Shown in pieces: positions 15,439-32,241 of a DNA stretch of 64,000 nucleotides. The translations under genes were made by a program, and so were the position numbers. Position 1 is the stretch's first letter, and each line of letters opens with the position of its first letter. Source of the DNA: Escherichia coli. Lineage in GTDB: Bacteria > Pseudomonadota > Gammaproteobacteria > Enterobacterales > Enterobacteriaceae. The notes beneath the pieces are model-generated. The model saw nothing but the letters and a program-made list of their open reading frames with translations, was not told the origin of the DNA and did not search any database. The stretch lies in the NCBI RefSeq assembly GCF_048403405.1, contig NZ_CP183129.1. One strand, given 5' to 3'.

Positions 15439-15531
15439 TTTCCCGCAGGTTTTACCCCGTCCAGTTCAGGCGGGGTTCTTAATACTCTCCCCGGGCAGCC
15501 GTCCGGGGGATTAACCGTGAGATAATGACTG

Positions 15532-16365
15532 ATGGAACTCATTGAAAAACATGCCAGCTTTGGCGGCTGGCAAAATGTGTATCGGCATTATTCCCCATCA
15601 CTGAAATGTGAAATGAATGTCGGCGTCTATCTCCCACCAAAAGCTGCAGGTGAAAAATTACCGGTGCTGTACTGGCTTTCGGGCCTGACCTGCAATGAGC
15701 AGAATTTCATTACTAAATCGGGGATGCAGCGTTACGCGGCTGAGCACAACATTATTGTTGTTGCGCCGGACACCAGTCCGCGAGGCAGTCATGTCGCAGA
15801 TGCCGACCGTTACGATCTCGGGCAAGGTGCCGGGTTTTACCTGAACGCAACGCAAGCGCCGTGGAATGAACATTACAAAATGTATGATTATATCCACAAC
15901 GAGCTGCCGGATTTAGTGATGCAACATTTTCCGGCAACGACCAGAAAGTCTATTTCAGGTCATTCTATGGGCGGGCTGGGCGCGCTGGTGCTGGCGTTAC
16001 GTAACCCAGATGAATATGTCAGCGTCTCAGCGTTTTCGCCCATTGTCTCCCCATCGCAAGTACCGTGGGGACAGCAAGCCTTTACCGCATATCTTGGTGA
16101 AAATAAAGAGGCGTGGTTGGATTACGATCCGGTGAGCCTTATTTCACAAGGTCAACGCGTTGCGGAAATAATGGTTGATCAGGGGTTGAGTGATGATTTT
16201 TACGCAGAACAGCTGCGGACTCCAAATCTTGAAAAGATCTGCCAGGAGATGAATATCAAGACGTTAATCCGTTATCACGAAGGTTATGATCACAGCTATT
16301 ATTTTGTCTCCAGTTTTATTGGCGAGCATATTGCCTACCACGCCAATAAACTGAATATGCGTTAA
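15532..16365 (+). CDS. frmB: S-formylglutathione hydrolase
   Basis: 277-aa esterase D family with GHSMGG nucleophile elbow. Confidence 0.95.
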   Translation: MELIEKHASFGGWQNVYRHYSPSLKCEMNVGVYLPPKAAGEKLPVLYWLSGLTCNEQNFITKSGMQRYAAEHNIIVVAPDTSPRGSHVADADRYDLGQGAGFYLNATQAPWNEHYKMYDYIHNELPDLVMQHFPATTRKSISGHSMGGLGALVLALRNPDEYVSVSAFSPIVSPSQVPWGQQAFTAYLGENKEAWLDYDPVSLISQGQRVAEIMVDQGLSDDFYAEQLRTPNLEKICQEMNIKTLIRYHEGYDHSYYFVSSFIGEHIAYHANKLNMR

Positions 16366-16380
16366 TAATAGTGCACGACT

Positions 16381-16475
16381 GCCGGATGCGGCGTGAACGC
16401 CTTATCCGCCTACATTTCGCCCGCAGGCCGTAGGCATGATAAGACGCGCATAGCGTCGCATCAGGCATCTACGTA
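16381..16475. repeat. REP/BIME elements (pair in opposite orientation)
   Basis: gccggatgcggcgtgaacgccttatccg... consensus REP plus inverted partner between frmB and yaiL. Confidence 0.6.
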
Positions 16476-16489
16476 CGACTTATCTATGT

Positions 16490-17029
16490 TTACCACATCA
16501 AATCATCAGGCACTTTGAAGTCGGCATACGGGTCGTCTTCATCCTGCTCTTCGGCGCTGAGCGCGCTGTGCAACACAATACTGCTGGCATCACGCTGAGC
16601 AATTTTATCGGCAACGCTGGCGGGAATAATGGCGTATTCACCTTCGCTATTGTTATCGAGCAACAAGCGGGCAATCGCCAGACGACCATTAATCAACTGC
16701 GCCTGTGTGAGCTTATCGACAAAAATCTTCTTAATCAGATTGCCGTCAGTGAAGTTAAAACCAATATCGCCATTGGCAATGGTGATTCGGTTCATTTCAA
16801 TGAGCTGCTTCACCTGAGCTTTATATTCTTTCGCCAACGCCGCTTGTTTTTGTTGCTCGCTAAGCTGTTTATCACGCTCAAGCTGTGCCTTTTTATTTTC
16901 TTCTACCGCCGCCCGAGCTTCACGCGCCTGAACGCGCGATTTTTTCGCCGTTCTCTCGACCTTCGCCGCTTTTTTGCTGGTGACTAATCCTGCTTTGAGC
17001 AACTGCTCTTGTAAGGTAAGTTTTGCCAT
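16490..17029 (-). CDS. yaiL: DUF2058-family protein YaiL
   Basis: 179 aa from ATG at 17029 (MAKLTLQEQLLK...); lysine/glutamate-rich; ORF-track start 17146 is an extension. Confidence 0.85.
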   Translation of the reverse strand: MAKLTLQEQLLKAGLVTSKKAAKVERTAKKSRVQAREARAAVEENKKAQLERDKQLSEQQKQAALAKEYKAQVKQLIEMNRITIANGDIGFNFTDGNLIKKIFVDKLTQAQLINGRLAIARLLLDNNSEGEYAIIPASVADKIAQRDASSIVLHSALSAEEQDEDDPYADFKVPDDLMW

Positions 17030-17130
17030 CTTTGTTTCCAAACCCGCTGAATAATTTTTAGCGAGTATACCTGTAAACGCCGTAGGTGTATCGGGGGGAA
17101 GTCCCTTTCGCCCCTGCTTAATAAAGCGCG

Positions 17131-18342
17131 TCAGACATCGGCGCACGGCTGCATTCTTGATCTCCGGCTCATCAAAATAAACACCGCCAACCCCGCAACA
17201 AGAATACCCGGCGCAGAAGCGGCCATTACGCCAACCGTGCCAGTACCTAATGCCAGCATTTTCCCGGCCAGTAACGGACCGCTCATAGCCCCCAGACGCC
17301 CTACCGCCACGGCTGTTCCCACACCTGTTGCGCGGATCTGCGAACTGTAAAACAACGGTGCCAGGGCATACAAAACGCTTTGCCCACCTGTCGCAAACAA
17401 CCCCGCGACGAATCCCGCCAGCAACATACCGTTAAATGACGACACCGTTCCCAGCGCCAGCAGCGAAGCTAACATGCCGCTATAAATCAGTAGCGACATG
17501 GTTACTGGACGCAGCTTATCCATCAATGCGCCCAACATTAACGTCCCGCTTGCCGCCCCCATTTGCAGTGCAAACATCACCCCTGCCGCCTGCGATGGCT
17601 GGAATCCTTGCTCCACCAAAAGCAGCGGTAGCCAGTTGATCAACATGTAGACCACCAGCAGAGTGAAGAAATAACACAACCACAGCAGCAGCGTCGCGGT
17701 TGCCGTTTCTGGCGCAAATAACGCACGCAGTGGTGGCGCAGCCTGTTTTTCGCCAGCGAAAACCGCCGACTCCGGCAGCCAGCGCATTAATAGCGGCACC
17801 AGAATCAACGGCACCACACCACCGACCCAAAACACCGTTTGCCAGGCTAAGTTTGCCCCCGCAAAACCCAGCGTCGCCGCCAGCGCCGCGCCAATGGGAA
17901 CACCGCAATACATCAGGCTCACTGCCGTCCCACGAAAACGTGGCCCCGCGGCTTCAGACGTCAGGGCGATCAGATTCGGCAACGCCGCCCCCAGCCCGAC
18001 ACCGGTCATCAGTCGCGCAAAGACCAGTGAGGGGAAATCCCAGGCAATCGCCGTTGCCAGTGAGAACAAACCAAACAGCGCAACTGAGCCAATCAAAATG
18101 CGCTTACGACCATAACGGTCCGCCAGCATTCCGCCAACCAACGCGCCGGGTAGCAAACCGAGTATTCCGGCGCTGAATATCCAGCCCATTTGCATTTTAT
18201 CGAGTGCGAAAGCCTGGGCGATGCCACCCGCCGCAATGCCAGCCGCCTGAAGATCCAGTCCTTCCATCAGAGCGACCAAAAAACAAAGCCCGATGGTCAG
18301 CATCAGGCGGGATGAAGATGATGAAGGGATACGAGCCGACAT
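17131..18342 (-). CDS. mhpT: 3-(3-hydroxyphenyl)propionate MFS transporter
   Basis: 403 aa from ATG at 18342; 12-TM MFS profile. Confidence 0.9.
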   Translation of the reverse strand: MSARIPSSSSSRLMLTIGLCFLVALMEGLDLQAAGIAAGGIAQAFALDKMQMGWIFSAGILGLLPGALVGGMLADRYGRKRILIGSVALFGLFSLATAIAWDFPSLVFARLMTGVGLGAALPNLIALTSEAAGPRFRGTAVSLMYCGVPIGAALAATLGFAGANLAWQTVFWVGGVVPLILVPLLMRWLPESAVFAGEKQAAPPLRALFAPETATATLLLWLCYFFTLLVVYMLINWLPLLLVEQGFQPSQAAGVMFALQMGAASGTLMLGALMDKLRPVTMSLLIYSGMLASLLALGTVSSFNGMLLAGFVAGLFATGGQSVLYALAPLFYSSQIRATGVGTAVAVGRLGAMSGPLLAGKMLALGTGTVGVMAASAPGILVAGLAVFILMSRRSRMQPCADV

Positions 18343-18420
18343 AAGATGAACCTCGTTGCGAGTGCAGGTGAATCGCGGCTGATACATTGCCAGCCGCGTA
18401 ATCAGAACCATTTAATGACT

Positions 18421-18475
18421 GCCTACGGGCGAAGAAAATGTAGGCCGAACAAGGCGTTTACGCCGCATCCGGCAG
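18421..18475. repeat. REP element
   Basis: gcctac...gtaggc palindrome plus ggcgtttacgccgcatccggca between mhpT and mhpE. Confidence 0.55.
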
Positions 18476-18521
18476 TCGTGCTGGGATGGGCATACAAAAT
18501 GCACGTTCTCGGCAGTCATCA

Positions 18522-19531
18522 TTATTTGTTGTTGCGCAGATCCAGCGCCACGTCGACGATCATATCCTCCTGGCCGCCAACCATCCGGCGTTTGCCCAAC
18601 TCAACGAGAATATCCACCGCGCTTAAGCCATAACGCGCCGCCGCCGTTTCACAGTGACGCAGGAAGCTGGAGTAAACACCGGCGTATCCCAGCGCCAGCG
18701 TTTCGCGATCGACTCGTACCGGACGATCCTGCAACGGACGCACCAGGTCGTCAGCGGCATCCATTAACGCATAGAGATCGGTCCCATGCTGCCAACCCAG
18801 TTTATCCGCGGCGGCAATAAACACTTCCAGCGGCGCGTTACCTGCGCCCGCGCCCATTCCCGCGAGGCTGGCGTCGATTCGGTCGCAGCCCTCTTCCACC
18901 GCCGCGATAGAGTTCGCCACGCCAAGACTCAGGTTATGGTGAGCGTGCATGCCGGTTTGCGTTTCTGGTTTCAGCACTGCTTTCAGGGCGCGGAAACGGT
19001 CACGGATATCGCTCATGTTCATCGCACCGCCAGAATCCACCACATAAATACAGGTCGCACCGTAGCCTTCCATCAGCTTTGCCTGCTTTGCGAGATTCTC
19101 CGGCGTGGTCATATGGCTCATCATCAGAAAACCAACGGTGTCCATTCCGAGCTCGCGGGCATACTGAATATGCTGGGCGGAAACATCAGCTTCGGTACAG
19201 TGCGTAGCCACACGAACCACCCGCGCGCCAGCCTGCCAGGCATTTTTCAGATCGTGAATAGTGCCGATTCCTGGCAGCAACAACGTCGCGATTTTGGCGT
19301 GCTTCACCACATCCGCCGCTGCTTCAATCCATTCAAGGTCGCTATGTGCGCCGAAACCATAGTTAAAGCTGGACCCCTGCAAACCGTCGCCATGGGCCAC
19401 TTCAATCGAATCCACGCGGGCATCGTCCAGTGCTTTGGCAATCTGGCGAACGTTTTCCAGCGAATACTGATGACGAATGGCGTGCATACCGTCACGCAAC
19501 GTGACGTCCGAGATATAAAGTTTTTTACCGT

Positions 19532-19535
<4 letters not shown>
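18522..19535 (-). CDS. mhpE: 4-hydroxy-2-oxovalerate aldolase
   Basis: 337-aa HMG-CoA-lyase-like aldolase; overlaps mhpF start. Confidence 0.95.
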
Positions 19536-21297
<1,762 letters not shown>

Positions 21298-22164
21298 TTA
21301 AGGGCGTGCGAGGAAATTCAGCACCAGTTGATTGAAAGTGTCGGCATGTTCCCACTGCGCCCAGTGACCACAGTCGCGGAAGATATGCAGTTCAGAACCG
21401 GCAATGCCGGACAGCAGACGCAGACCCGCATCCATCGGCACAAAGCGGTCGTTGCGCCCCCAGACAATCAGGGTTTGCGCTTTTATTTCCGCCAGACGTG
21501 GGCCAAAATCCGGGAACTGTTTCGGATTGGCTTCCAGGCTCTTAACGAAGTTTTCCAGGTGATCGCGGCGCGACAGCATATTATTCAGGCGCGCTTCAAA
21601 CAGGGCGTCGGTCAAATCGCTGGTATCAAAAACGAAGATATCCATCATCAGCTTCAGGTTTTCGATAGTCGGCTGACGATAAAGCTGATTCAGTCGCTTA
21701 ATACCTTCGGTTGGCATCGGCGTAAACAAACTCATGCCGCCCGTACCGCCGCCCATCAGCACCAGTTTGCCGACGCGCTCCGGCCAGTTAAGAGTGAACG
21801 CCACAGAACTGTGGCCGCCCATCGAGTTGCCCAGCAGGTGGATTTTGGCGATATCCAGTTGATCCACCACGCTTTTCAGGATTCGCGCATTAAGATCCGA
21901 TCGCGAACCACTATTAACGATCGAATCGCTCTTACCCCAACCCGGACAATCCAGCAGGATCACCCGATAGCCCGCCTCTACCAGCGGATCGATATTGCGG
22001 CTGAAGTTCGCCCAGCCAGTAGCACCCGGGCCGGAACCATGCAGCAGGACAACAGTTTCGTCGCCTTGTCCGCAGTCATTAAAATGGATGCGCAGCGTTT
22101 TACCCGCTTCTTCTACATTCAGAAAACGGCTGGTGGCGGCTTCGGTTTGTGGCTGATAACTCAT
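21298..22164 (-). CDS. mhpC: 2-hydroxy-6-ketonona-2,4-dienedioate hydrolase (alpha/beta hydrolase)
   Basis: 288 aa from ATG 22164 ([14 protein letters not shown]...) with AGGAG SD; GNSMGG nucleophile elbow; ORF-track start 22227 would overlap mhpB. Confidence 0.9.
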   Translation of the reverse strand: MSYQPQTEAATSRFLNVEEAGKTLRIHFNDCGQGDETVVLLHGSGPGATGWANFSRNIDPLVEAGYRVILLDCPGWGKSDSIVNSGSRSDLNARILKSVVDQLDIAKIHLLGNSMGGHSSVAFTLNWPERVGKLVLMGGGTGGMSLFTPMPTEGIKRLNQLYRQPTIENLKLMMDIFVFDTSDLTDALFEARLNNMLSRRDHLENFVKSLEANPKQFPDFGPRLAEIKAQTLIVWGRNDRFVPMDAGLRLLSGIAGSELHIFRDCGHWAQWEHADTFNQLVLNFLARP

Positions 22165-22181
22165 CATCTTCTCCTGCATAT

Positions 22182-23126
22182 TCAGTTCTCTGTTCTGGCG
22201 CTTAACGAGCCAAATCCGGCAATCCACTCCGGGATTGGGCGGTAATAACGCCCTTCGCTACGCCAGTTGCCAAACGCAGAAATAGCGGCAAAAGCGGCGA
22301 CCCAGGTTTTGATTTCATGTGTCGACTTTCCGGCAATGGCGGAAAGCTCTTCGTTACTGACAGCATCCAGTTCCTGTATGCGTCCCTGCTCCAGCAAAGT
22401 CATGAACTGGTTATCCCAAATCGGGTTGAGGGGATGCAGCGTTCTCTGATCCTCAACAAACTTCTCAGCGGCGCTAATCACCCGTTGCTGACGCAATTCG
22501 CGCTCACTGGCGGGTAAATCTTTCCCGCTCCCCAACAGACGGTCGCGCATATGGGCATCGGCTTTCGCCAGTTCTGGCACCGGCGGCTGATGGGAAAGCC
22601 CACCGGAACCCAGGAAAAGCACGCGTTTATTGAGAGTACTGGTGAAACGTCCAATGGCTTCACCCAACATGCGGGTACGCTGGAAACCGGGCAACGGCGT
22701 GGCGACACCGTTGATGAACACAGGCAAAACCGGTACCTTATCCAGCCCGCCGAGCAGGAACTCCAGCGGCTGGGCGAACCCGTGGTCCACCTGCATACAG
22801 TAAGAAACGGCAAGATCGATCCCGCTCTTCATGACGGCATGCGCACAGGCCTCCGCCAGCTCAACAGGCACGGGCAGCTCTCCTGCCGCACTACCGAAAT
22901 CACCAATTGCCGTCGCTCCAACGCCTAAACAGAACGGTGGCATCACGTCATAGAAAAAGCCGTTGTAGTGATCTGGCGCAAACAGCACCACCAGTTCAGG
23001 GGAGAAAGCCGCAATACGCTCGCGGGCGCTGGCAATCACGCCATTGACCTCATCGAGCACCTCTTGCGCCGGGTCGACATACCCCACCAGCGGCGAGTGG
23101 GAAAGACAGTGAAGATAAGCGTGCAT
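22182..23126 (-). CDS. mhpB: 3-(2,3-dihydroxyphenyl)propionate 1,2-dioxygenase (extradiol)
   Basis: 314-aa LigB-type extradiol dioxygenase. Confidence 0.95.
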
Positions 23127-23127
23127 A

Positions 23128-24792
23128 TCAGGCTACCTTTTCGACAGAAACGTCGGCATCAGGGCGGGTCAGCGTCATCACCGACGCCAGTTTATTCAGG
23201 GTCTTGCCCAGGGTTTGCGGAATGGCGGTGGCGGCAACAAAGCGATCCGGGCGCATCACCACCAGCGAAGCATTGTGTTGCGCGAACCAGCTACGCAGGC
23301 GACCTTGCGTATCGCCCACGCGTAGTACGCCGTCGTGGTTATCCTGTGCGGTATGAATTTGCACTTCCGGCACCACCTGAATGAAGCGTGTGCCCAACGC
23401 GCGCCACTGCTGGATTTGCTCGTCGCTCATCCCCCACAGTGGATTGCATCCCCAGCCAATTACCGCGAAGTTCGCGCCGATCGCGTTATCGAGCAGCGTC
23501 ACGTCGCCGTTTTCCAGCGTGACTTTCGGTTGAATAAACATCTTGCCGACCGGAGAGTGCTTCGCCTCGCCCTCACGCACCAGTGCACCGCCGTAATATT
23601 GCGGCATCGGCTTGAAGCGCATTTCGAGGAAGTAGCGTTTTACTGGCGGCAGATAATTCAGCAGCCAGGAAACGCCGTCACGTAACGTACCCTGCCAGCG
23701 TTTCGGTGGAGCCAGCACGTTGCCCGCCGTCACGGACAGGTCAATCATCGCTTTGGCGTGATCGCGACGTTCTTGTTGATAGGTATCGAGCAGCGCATCA
23801 CGGGCTTTCCCCTGGATAACCAACGCCAGTTTCCATGCGAGGTTAAAGGCGTCACGCATACCACTGTTATAGCCCTGCCCCTGCCACACCGGCATGATGT
23901 GCGCGGCATCGCCCGCCAGCAGTACGCGATCAATACGAAAACGTTGCGCCAGTCGCGCGTTGTGGGTGTAGACACGCTGGCGAATCAATTCAACATTGTC
24001 CGGATTAGGCAGCACTTTGCTTAACAGCTTGCGCATATTTTGCGGCTCACGCAGCTGTTCTTCGGTTTCTCCCGGCATCACCATAAATTCAAAGCGACGT
24101 ACCGCATGAGGCAGCGCGGCAGAAACATACGGGCGCACCGGATCACAACACAAATAGATATGCGGCGTACTTAACGGATCGTTGGCGATATCTACCACAA
24201 TCCACTGATTTGGCGCAGTTTTACCTTCAAACGGCACATTCAGGGTGCGACGGACAAAACTTGCCCCACCATCACAGGCCACCAGCCACTGGGCTTTGAC
24301 CGTTTCCCGCTGCCCTTCTTCCGTTTTCAGGTGCAAGGTCACTTCGTCATCTTGCTGGCTGAAGGCCTCCAGCTCGCGGGAAAACAGGCAGCGCACATTC
24401 GGAAAACGCGACAATCCTTCCAGCATCACCGCATCGACCTGAGGCTGAATAAAGGCGTTACGGCGCGGCCAGCCAAATTCATCGGTCATTGGCTGAATAT
24501 CAGCAAAACAGCGACCTTTTGGGGTGAGAAAACGCATCGCGTGCCACGGCGTAGTGTGCGGCAGAACATTATCGACCAGGCCAACCGACTGCATGGTGCG
24601 CAGCGCCTCGTCATCAATACCAATCGCACGCGGGTAGTCGATCAACTTATCGAGTTTCTCCACCACCAGCACGTCAATGCCCATCTGGCCGAGATAGTTC
24701 GCCATCATCAGCCCGACCGGACCGGCACCAGCGATCGCCACCTGAACGCTATGGTTAACAGCAGGCTGGATGTCAGGGTGTTGTATTGCCAT
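23128..24792 (-). CDS. mhpA: 3-(3-hydroxyphenyl)propionate hydroxylase (FAD monooxygenase)
   Basis: 554-aa ORF with N-terminal FAD-binding GAGPVG motif. Confidence 0.95.
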   Translation of the reverse strand: MAIQHPDIQPAVNHSVQVAIAGAGPVGLMMANYLGQMGIDVLVVEKLDKLIDYPRAIGIDDEALRTMQSVGLVDNVLPHTTPWHAMRFLTPKGRCFADIQPMTDEFGWPRRNAFIQPQVDAVMLEGLSRFPNVRCLFSRELEAFSQQDDEVTLHLKTEEGQRETVKAQWLVACDGGASFVRRTLNVPFEGKTAPNQWIVVDIANDPLSTPHIYLCCDPVRPYVSAALPHAVRRFEFMVMPGETEEQLREPQNMRKLLSKVLPNPDNVELIRQRVYTHNARLAQRFRIDRVLLAGDAAHIMPVWQGQGYNSGMRDAFNLAWKLALVIQGKARDALLDTYQQERRDHAKAMIDLSVTAGNVLAPPKRWQGTLRDGVSWLLNYLPPVKRYFLEMRFKPMPQYYGGALVREGEAKHSPVGKMFIQPKVTLENGDVTLLDNAIGANFAVIGWGCNPLWGMSDEQIQQWRALGTRFIQVVPEVQIHTAQDNHDGVLRVGDTQGRLRSWFAQHNASLVVMRPDRFVAATAIPQTLGKTLNKLASVMTLTRPDADVSVEKVA

Positions 24793-24982
24793 TTCAGTAC
24801 CTCACGACTCGGACAAAATGCCGTTGCGCGCACAGTACAGCGCAACTTATTTTGTTAAAAACATGTAAATGATTTTTTATTGTGCGCTCAGTATAGGAAG
24901 GGTTTTTTCGGCTACAATCAAAACATGCCCGAATGTGCACAAGGTGCACAACGTTGTTTTAACTATAGAAATGTCAATTAAT

Positions 24983-25816
24983 ATGCATAACAATGAGCAG
25001 ACGGAATACAAAACCGTGCGCGGCTTAACCCGCGGTCTAATGTTATTAAATATGTTAAATAAACTTGACGGCGGTGCCAGCGTCGGGCTGCTGGCGGAAC
25101 TCAGCGGCCTGCATCGCACCACTGTGCGGCGACTGCTGGAGACGCTGCAGGAAGAGGGATATGTCCGGCGTAGTCCCTCCGATGATAGTTTTCGTCTGAC
25201 CATCAAAGTGCGGCAATTAAGCGAAGGATTTCGTGACGAACAGTGGATTTCTGCACTGGCGGCCCCACTGCTGGGCGATCTGTTGCGCGAAGTGGTATGG
25301 CCGACAGATGTGTCCACCCTGGATGTTGATGCAATGGTGGTACGCGAAACCACCCATCGTTTCAGCCGCTTATCCTTTCACCGGGCAATGGTCGGGCGAC
25401 GTTTACCGCTCCTGAAAACCGCCTCGGGCCTGACCTGGCTGGCCTTTTGCCCGGAACAAGAACGCAAGGAATTAATCGAAATGTTAGCCACCCGTCCCGG
25501 TGATGACTATCAACTGGCACGGGAACCGTTAAAACTGGAAGCCATTCTGGCGCGGGCGCGCAAAGAGGGGTACGGACAGAACTACCGCGGCTGGGATCAA
25601 GAAGAAAAGATCGCCTCTATTGCCGTACCGCTGCGCAGTGAACAACGGGTGATTGGCTGTCTGAATCTGGTGTATATGGCGAGCGCAATGACCATTGAAC
25701 AGGCAGCGGAAAAGCATCTTCCGGCGCTGCAACGGGTGGCAAAACAGATCGAAGAAGGGGTTGAATCGCAGGCTATTCTGGTGGCCGGACGGCGAAGCGG
25801 CGTGCATTTACGTTGA
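24983..25816 (+). CDS. mhpR: IclR-family activator of the mhp operon
   Basis: 277 aa from ATG 24983 (MHNNEQTEYKTVRG...); divergent from mhpA. Confidence 0.9.
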   Translation: MHNNEQTEYKTVRGLTRGLMLLNMLNKLDGGASVGLLAELSGLHRTTVRRLLETLQEEGYVRRSPSDDSFRLTIKVRQLSEGFRDEQWISALAAPLLGDLLREVVWPTDVSTLDVDAMVVRETTHRFSRLSFHRAMVGRRLPLLKTASGLTWLAFCPEQERKELIEMLATRPGDDYQLAREPLKLEAILARARKEGYGQNYRGWDQEEKIASIAVPLRSEQRVIGCLNLVYMASAMTIEQAAEKHLPALQRVAKQIEEGVESQAILVAGRRSGVHLR

Positions 25817-25829
25817 CACCATCGAATGG

Positions 25830-25857
25830 CGCAAAACCTTTCGTGGTATGGCATGAT
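25830..25857 (+). promoter_or_regulatory. lacI promoter (-35 gcgcaa, -10 catgat)
   Basis: matches recalled lacI promoter with 16-bp spacer. Confidence 0.7.
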
Positions 25858-25892
25858 AGCGCCCGGAAGAGAGTCAATTCAGGGTGGTGAAT

Positions 25893-26975
25893 GTGAAACC
25901 AGTAACGCTATACGATGTCGCAGAGTATGCCGGTGTCTCTTATCAGACCGTTTCCCGCGTGGTGAACCAGGCCAGCCACGTTTCTGCGAAAACGCGGGAA
26001 AAAGTGGAAGCGGCGATGGCGGAGCTGAATTACATTCCCAACCGCGTGGCACAACAACTGGCGGGCAAGCAGTCGTTGCTGATTGGCGTTGCCACCTCCA
26101 GTCTGGCCCTGCACGCGCCGTCGCAAATTGTCGCGGCGATTAAATCTCGCGCCGATCAACTGGGTGCCAGCGTGGTGGTGTCGATGGTAGAACGAAGCGG
26201 CGTCGAAGCCTGTAAAGCGGCGGTGCACAATCTTCTCGCGCAACGCGTCAGTGGGCTGATCATTAACTATCCGCTGGATGACCAGGATGCCATTGCTGTG
26301 GAAGCTGCCTGCACTAATGTTCCGGCTTTATTTCTTGATGTCTCTGACCAGACACCCATCAACAGTATTATTTTCTCCCATGAAGACGGTACGCGACTGG
26401 GCGTGGAGCATCTGGTCGCATTGGGTCACCAGCAAATCGCGCTGTTAGCAGGTCCATTAAGTTCTGTCTCGGCACGTCTGCGCCTGGCGGGCTGGCATAA
26501 ATATCTCACTCGCAATCAAATTCAGCCGATAGCGGAACGGGAAGGCGACTGGAGTGCCATGTCCGGTTTTCAACAAACCATGCAAATGCTGAATGAGGGC
26601 ATCGTCCCCACTGCGATGCTGGTTGCCAACGATCAGATGGCGCTGGGCGCAATGCGCGCCATTACCGAGTCCGGGCTGCGCGTTGGTGCGGATATCTCGG
26701 TAGTGGGATACGACGATACCGAAGACAGCTCGTGTTATATCCCGCCGTTAACCACCATCAAACAGGATTTTCGCCTGCTGGGGCAAACCAGCGTGGACCG
26801 CTTGCTGCAACTCTCTCAGGGCCAGGCGGTGAAGGGCAATCAGCTGTTGCCCGTCTCACTGGTGAAAAGAAAAACCACCCTTCCGCCCAATACGCAAACC
26901 GCTTCTCCCCAGGCGTTGGCAGATTCTTTAATGCAGCTGGCGCGACAAATTTCCCGACTCGAAAGCGGGCAGTGA
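25893..26975 (+). CDS. lacI: lactose operon repressor
   Basis: 360 aa from GTG 25893 (MKPVTLYDVAEYAGVSYQTV...); length and sequence match LacI. Confidence 0.97.
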   Translation: MKPVTLYDVAEYAGVSYQTVSRVVNQASHVSAKTREKVEAAMAELNYIPNRVAQQLAGKQSLLIGVATSSLALHAPSQIVAAIKSRADQLGASVVVSMVERSGVEACKAAVHNLLAQRVSGLIINYPLDDQDAIAVEAACTNVPALFLDVSDQTPINSIIFSHEDGTRLGVEHLVALGHQQIALLAGPLSSVSARLRLAGWHKYLTRNQIQPIAEREGDWSAMSGFQQTMQMLNEGIVPTAMLVANDQMALGAMRAITESGLRVGADISVVGYDDTEDSSCYIPPLTTIKQDFRLLGQTSVDRLLQLSQGQAVKGNQLLPVSLVKRKTTLPPNTQTASPQALADSLMQLARQISRLESGQ

Positions 26976-26988
26976 GCGCAACGCAATT
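26968..26988 (+). promoter_or_regulatory. lac auxiliary operator O3
   Basis: ggcagtgagcgcaacgcaatt overlapping the lacI 3-prime end. Confidence 0.85.
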
Positions 26989-27009
26989 AATGTGAGTCAG
27001 CTCACTCAT
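26988..27009 (+). promoter_or_regulatory. CRP (CAP) binding site of the lac promoter
   Basis: taatgtgagtcagctcactcat; one central base differs from the recalled K-12 site. Confidence 0.85.
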
Positions 27010-27023
27010 TAGGCACCCCAGGC

Positions 27024-27053
27024 TTTACACTTTATGCGTCCGGCTCGTATGTT
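27024..27053 (+). promoter_or_regulatory. lac promoter (-35 tttaca, 18-bp spacer, -10 tatgtt)
   Basis: canonical lacP1 hexamers; spacer differs by one base from recalled K-12. Confidence 0.9.
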
Positions 27054-27059
27054 GTGTGG

Positions 27060-30172
<3,113 letters not shown>

Positions 30173-30178
30173 TAATAA

Positions 30179-31477
<1,299 letters not shown>

Positions 31478-31485
31478 GCAATCAA

Positions 31486-31520
31486 TGTCGGATGCGGCGC
31501 GAGCGCCTTATCCGACCAAC
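31486..31520. repeat. REP-like palindrome between lacY and lacA
   Basis: gtcggatgcggcgcgagcgccttatccgac. Confidence 0.5.
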
Positions 31521-31542
31521 ATATCATAACGGAATGATCGCA

Positions 31543-32154
31543 ATGAACATGCCAATGACCGAAAGAATAAAAGCAGGCAAGCTATTTACCGATATGTGCG
31601 AAGGCTTACCGGAAAAAAGACTTCGTGGGAAAACGTTAATGTATGAGTTTAATCACTCGCATCCATCAGAAGTTGAAAAAAGAGAAAGCCTGATTAAAGA
31701 AATGTTTGCCACGGTAGGGGAAAACGCCTGGGTAGAACCTCCCGTCTATTTCTCTTACGGTTCCAACATCCATATAGGCCGCAATTTTTATGCAAATTTT
31801 AATTTAACCATTGTCGATGACTACACGGTAACAATCGGTGATAACGTACTGATTGCACCCAACGTTACTCTTTCCGTTACGGGACACCCGGTACACCATG
31901 AATTAAGAAAAAACGGTGAGATGTACTCTTTTCCGATAACGATTGGCAATAACGTCTGGATCGGAAGTCATGTGGTCATTAATCCAGGCGTCACCATCGG
32001 GGATAATTCTGTTATTGGCGCGGGTAGTGTCGTCATAAAAGACATTCCACCAAACGTCGTGGCTGCTGGCGTTCCTTGCCGGGTTATTCGCGAAATAAAC
32101 GACCGGGATAAGCACTATTATTACAAAGATTATAAAGTTGAACCTTCAGTTTAA
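31543..32154 (+). CDS. lacA: galactoside O-acetyltransferase (hexapeptide repeat)
   Basis: 203 aa from ATG 31543 (MNMPMTERIRAGK...); ORF-track start 31492 is an extension. Confidence 0.95.
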   Translation: MNMPMTERIKAGKLFTDMCEGLPEKRLRGKTLMYEFNHSHPSEVEKRESLIKEMFATVGENAWVEPPVYFSYGSNIHIGRNFYANFNLTIVDDYTVTIGDNVLIAPNVTLSVTGHPVHHELRKNGEMYSFPITIGNNVWIGSHVVINPGVTIGDNSVIGAGSVVIKDIPPNVVAAGVPCRVIREINDRDKHYYYKDYKVEPSV

Positions 32155-32171
32155 ATTAGCACTGAAATAAA

Positions 32172-32201
32172 TGTCGGATGCGCCATTGGGCACATCCGAC
32201 A
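32172..32201. terminator. hairpin between convergent lacA and cynX
   Basis: tgtcggatg...catccgaca 9-bp stem; weak T-run, REP-like. Confidence 0.4.
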
Positions 32202-32241
32202 ATAATTCACTCTTCCATTATCTGGCGAAACAAGCGTCGCA

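Noticed and set aside
15488..15508. GC-rich hairpin between frmA and frmB as an intrinsic terminator
   Set aside because: Imperfect stem with no following T-run; frmA and frmB are expected to be co-transcribed.
24331..24858. 175-aa plus-strand ORF antisense to mhpA
   Set aside because: Antisense to the FAD monooxygenase gene; no start context or domain features.
31492..31542. Upstream extensions of ORF-track starts (lacA 31492, hemB 5553, frmR 13971, cynR 34675, prpR 44242, mhpR 24869, yahI 57814, yaiL 17146, mhpT 18411, tauA 10071, cynX 33423, mhpC 22227)
   Set aside because: The longest-ORF starts run into REP elements or neighbouring genes; internal start codons match the recalled protein N-termini and have better ribosome-binding sites.
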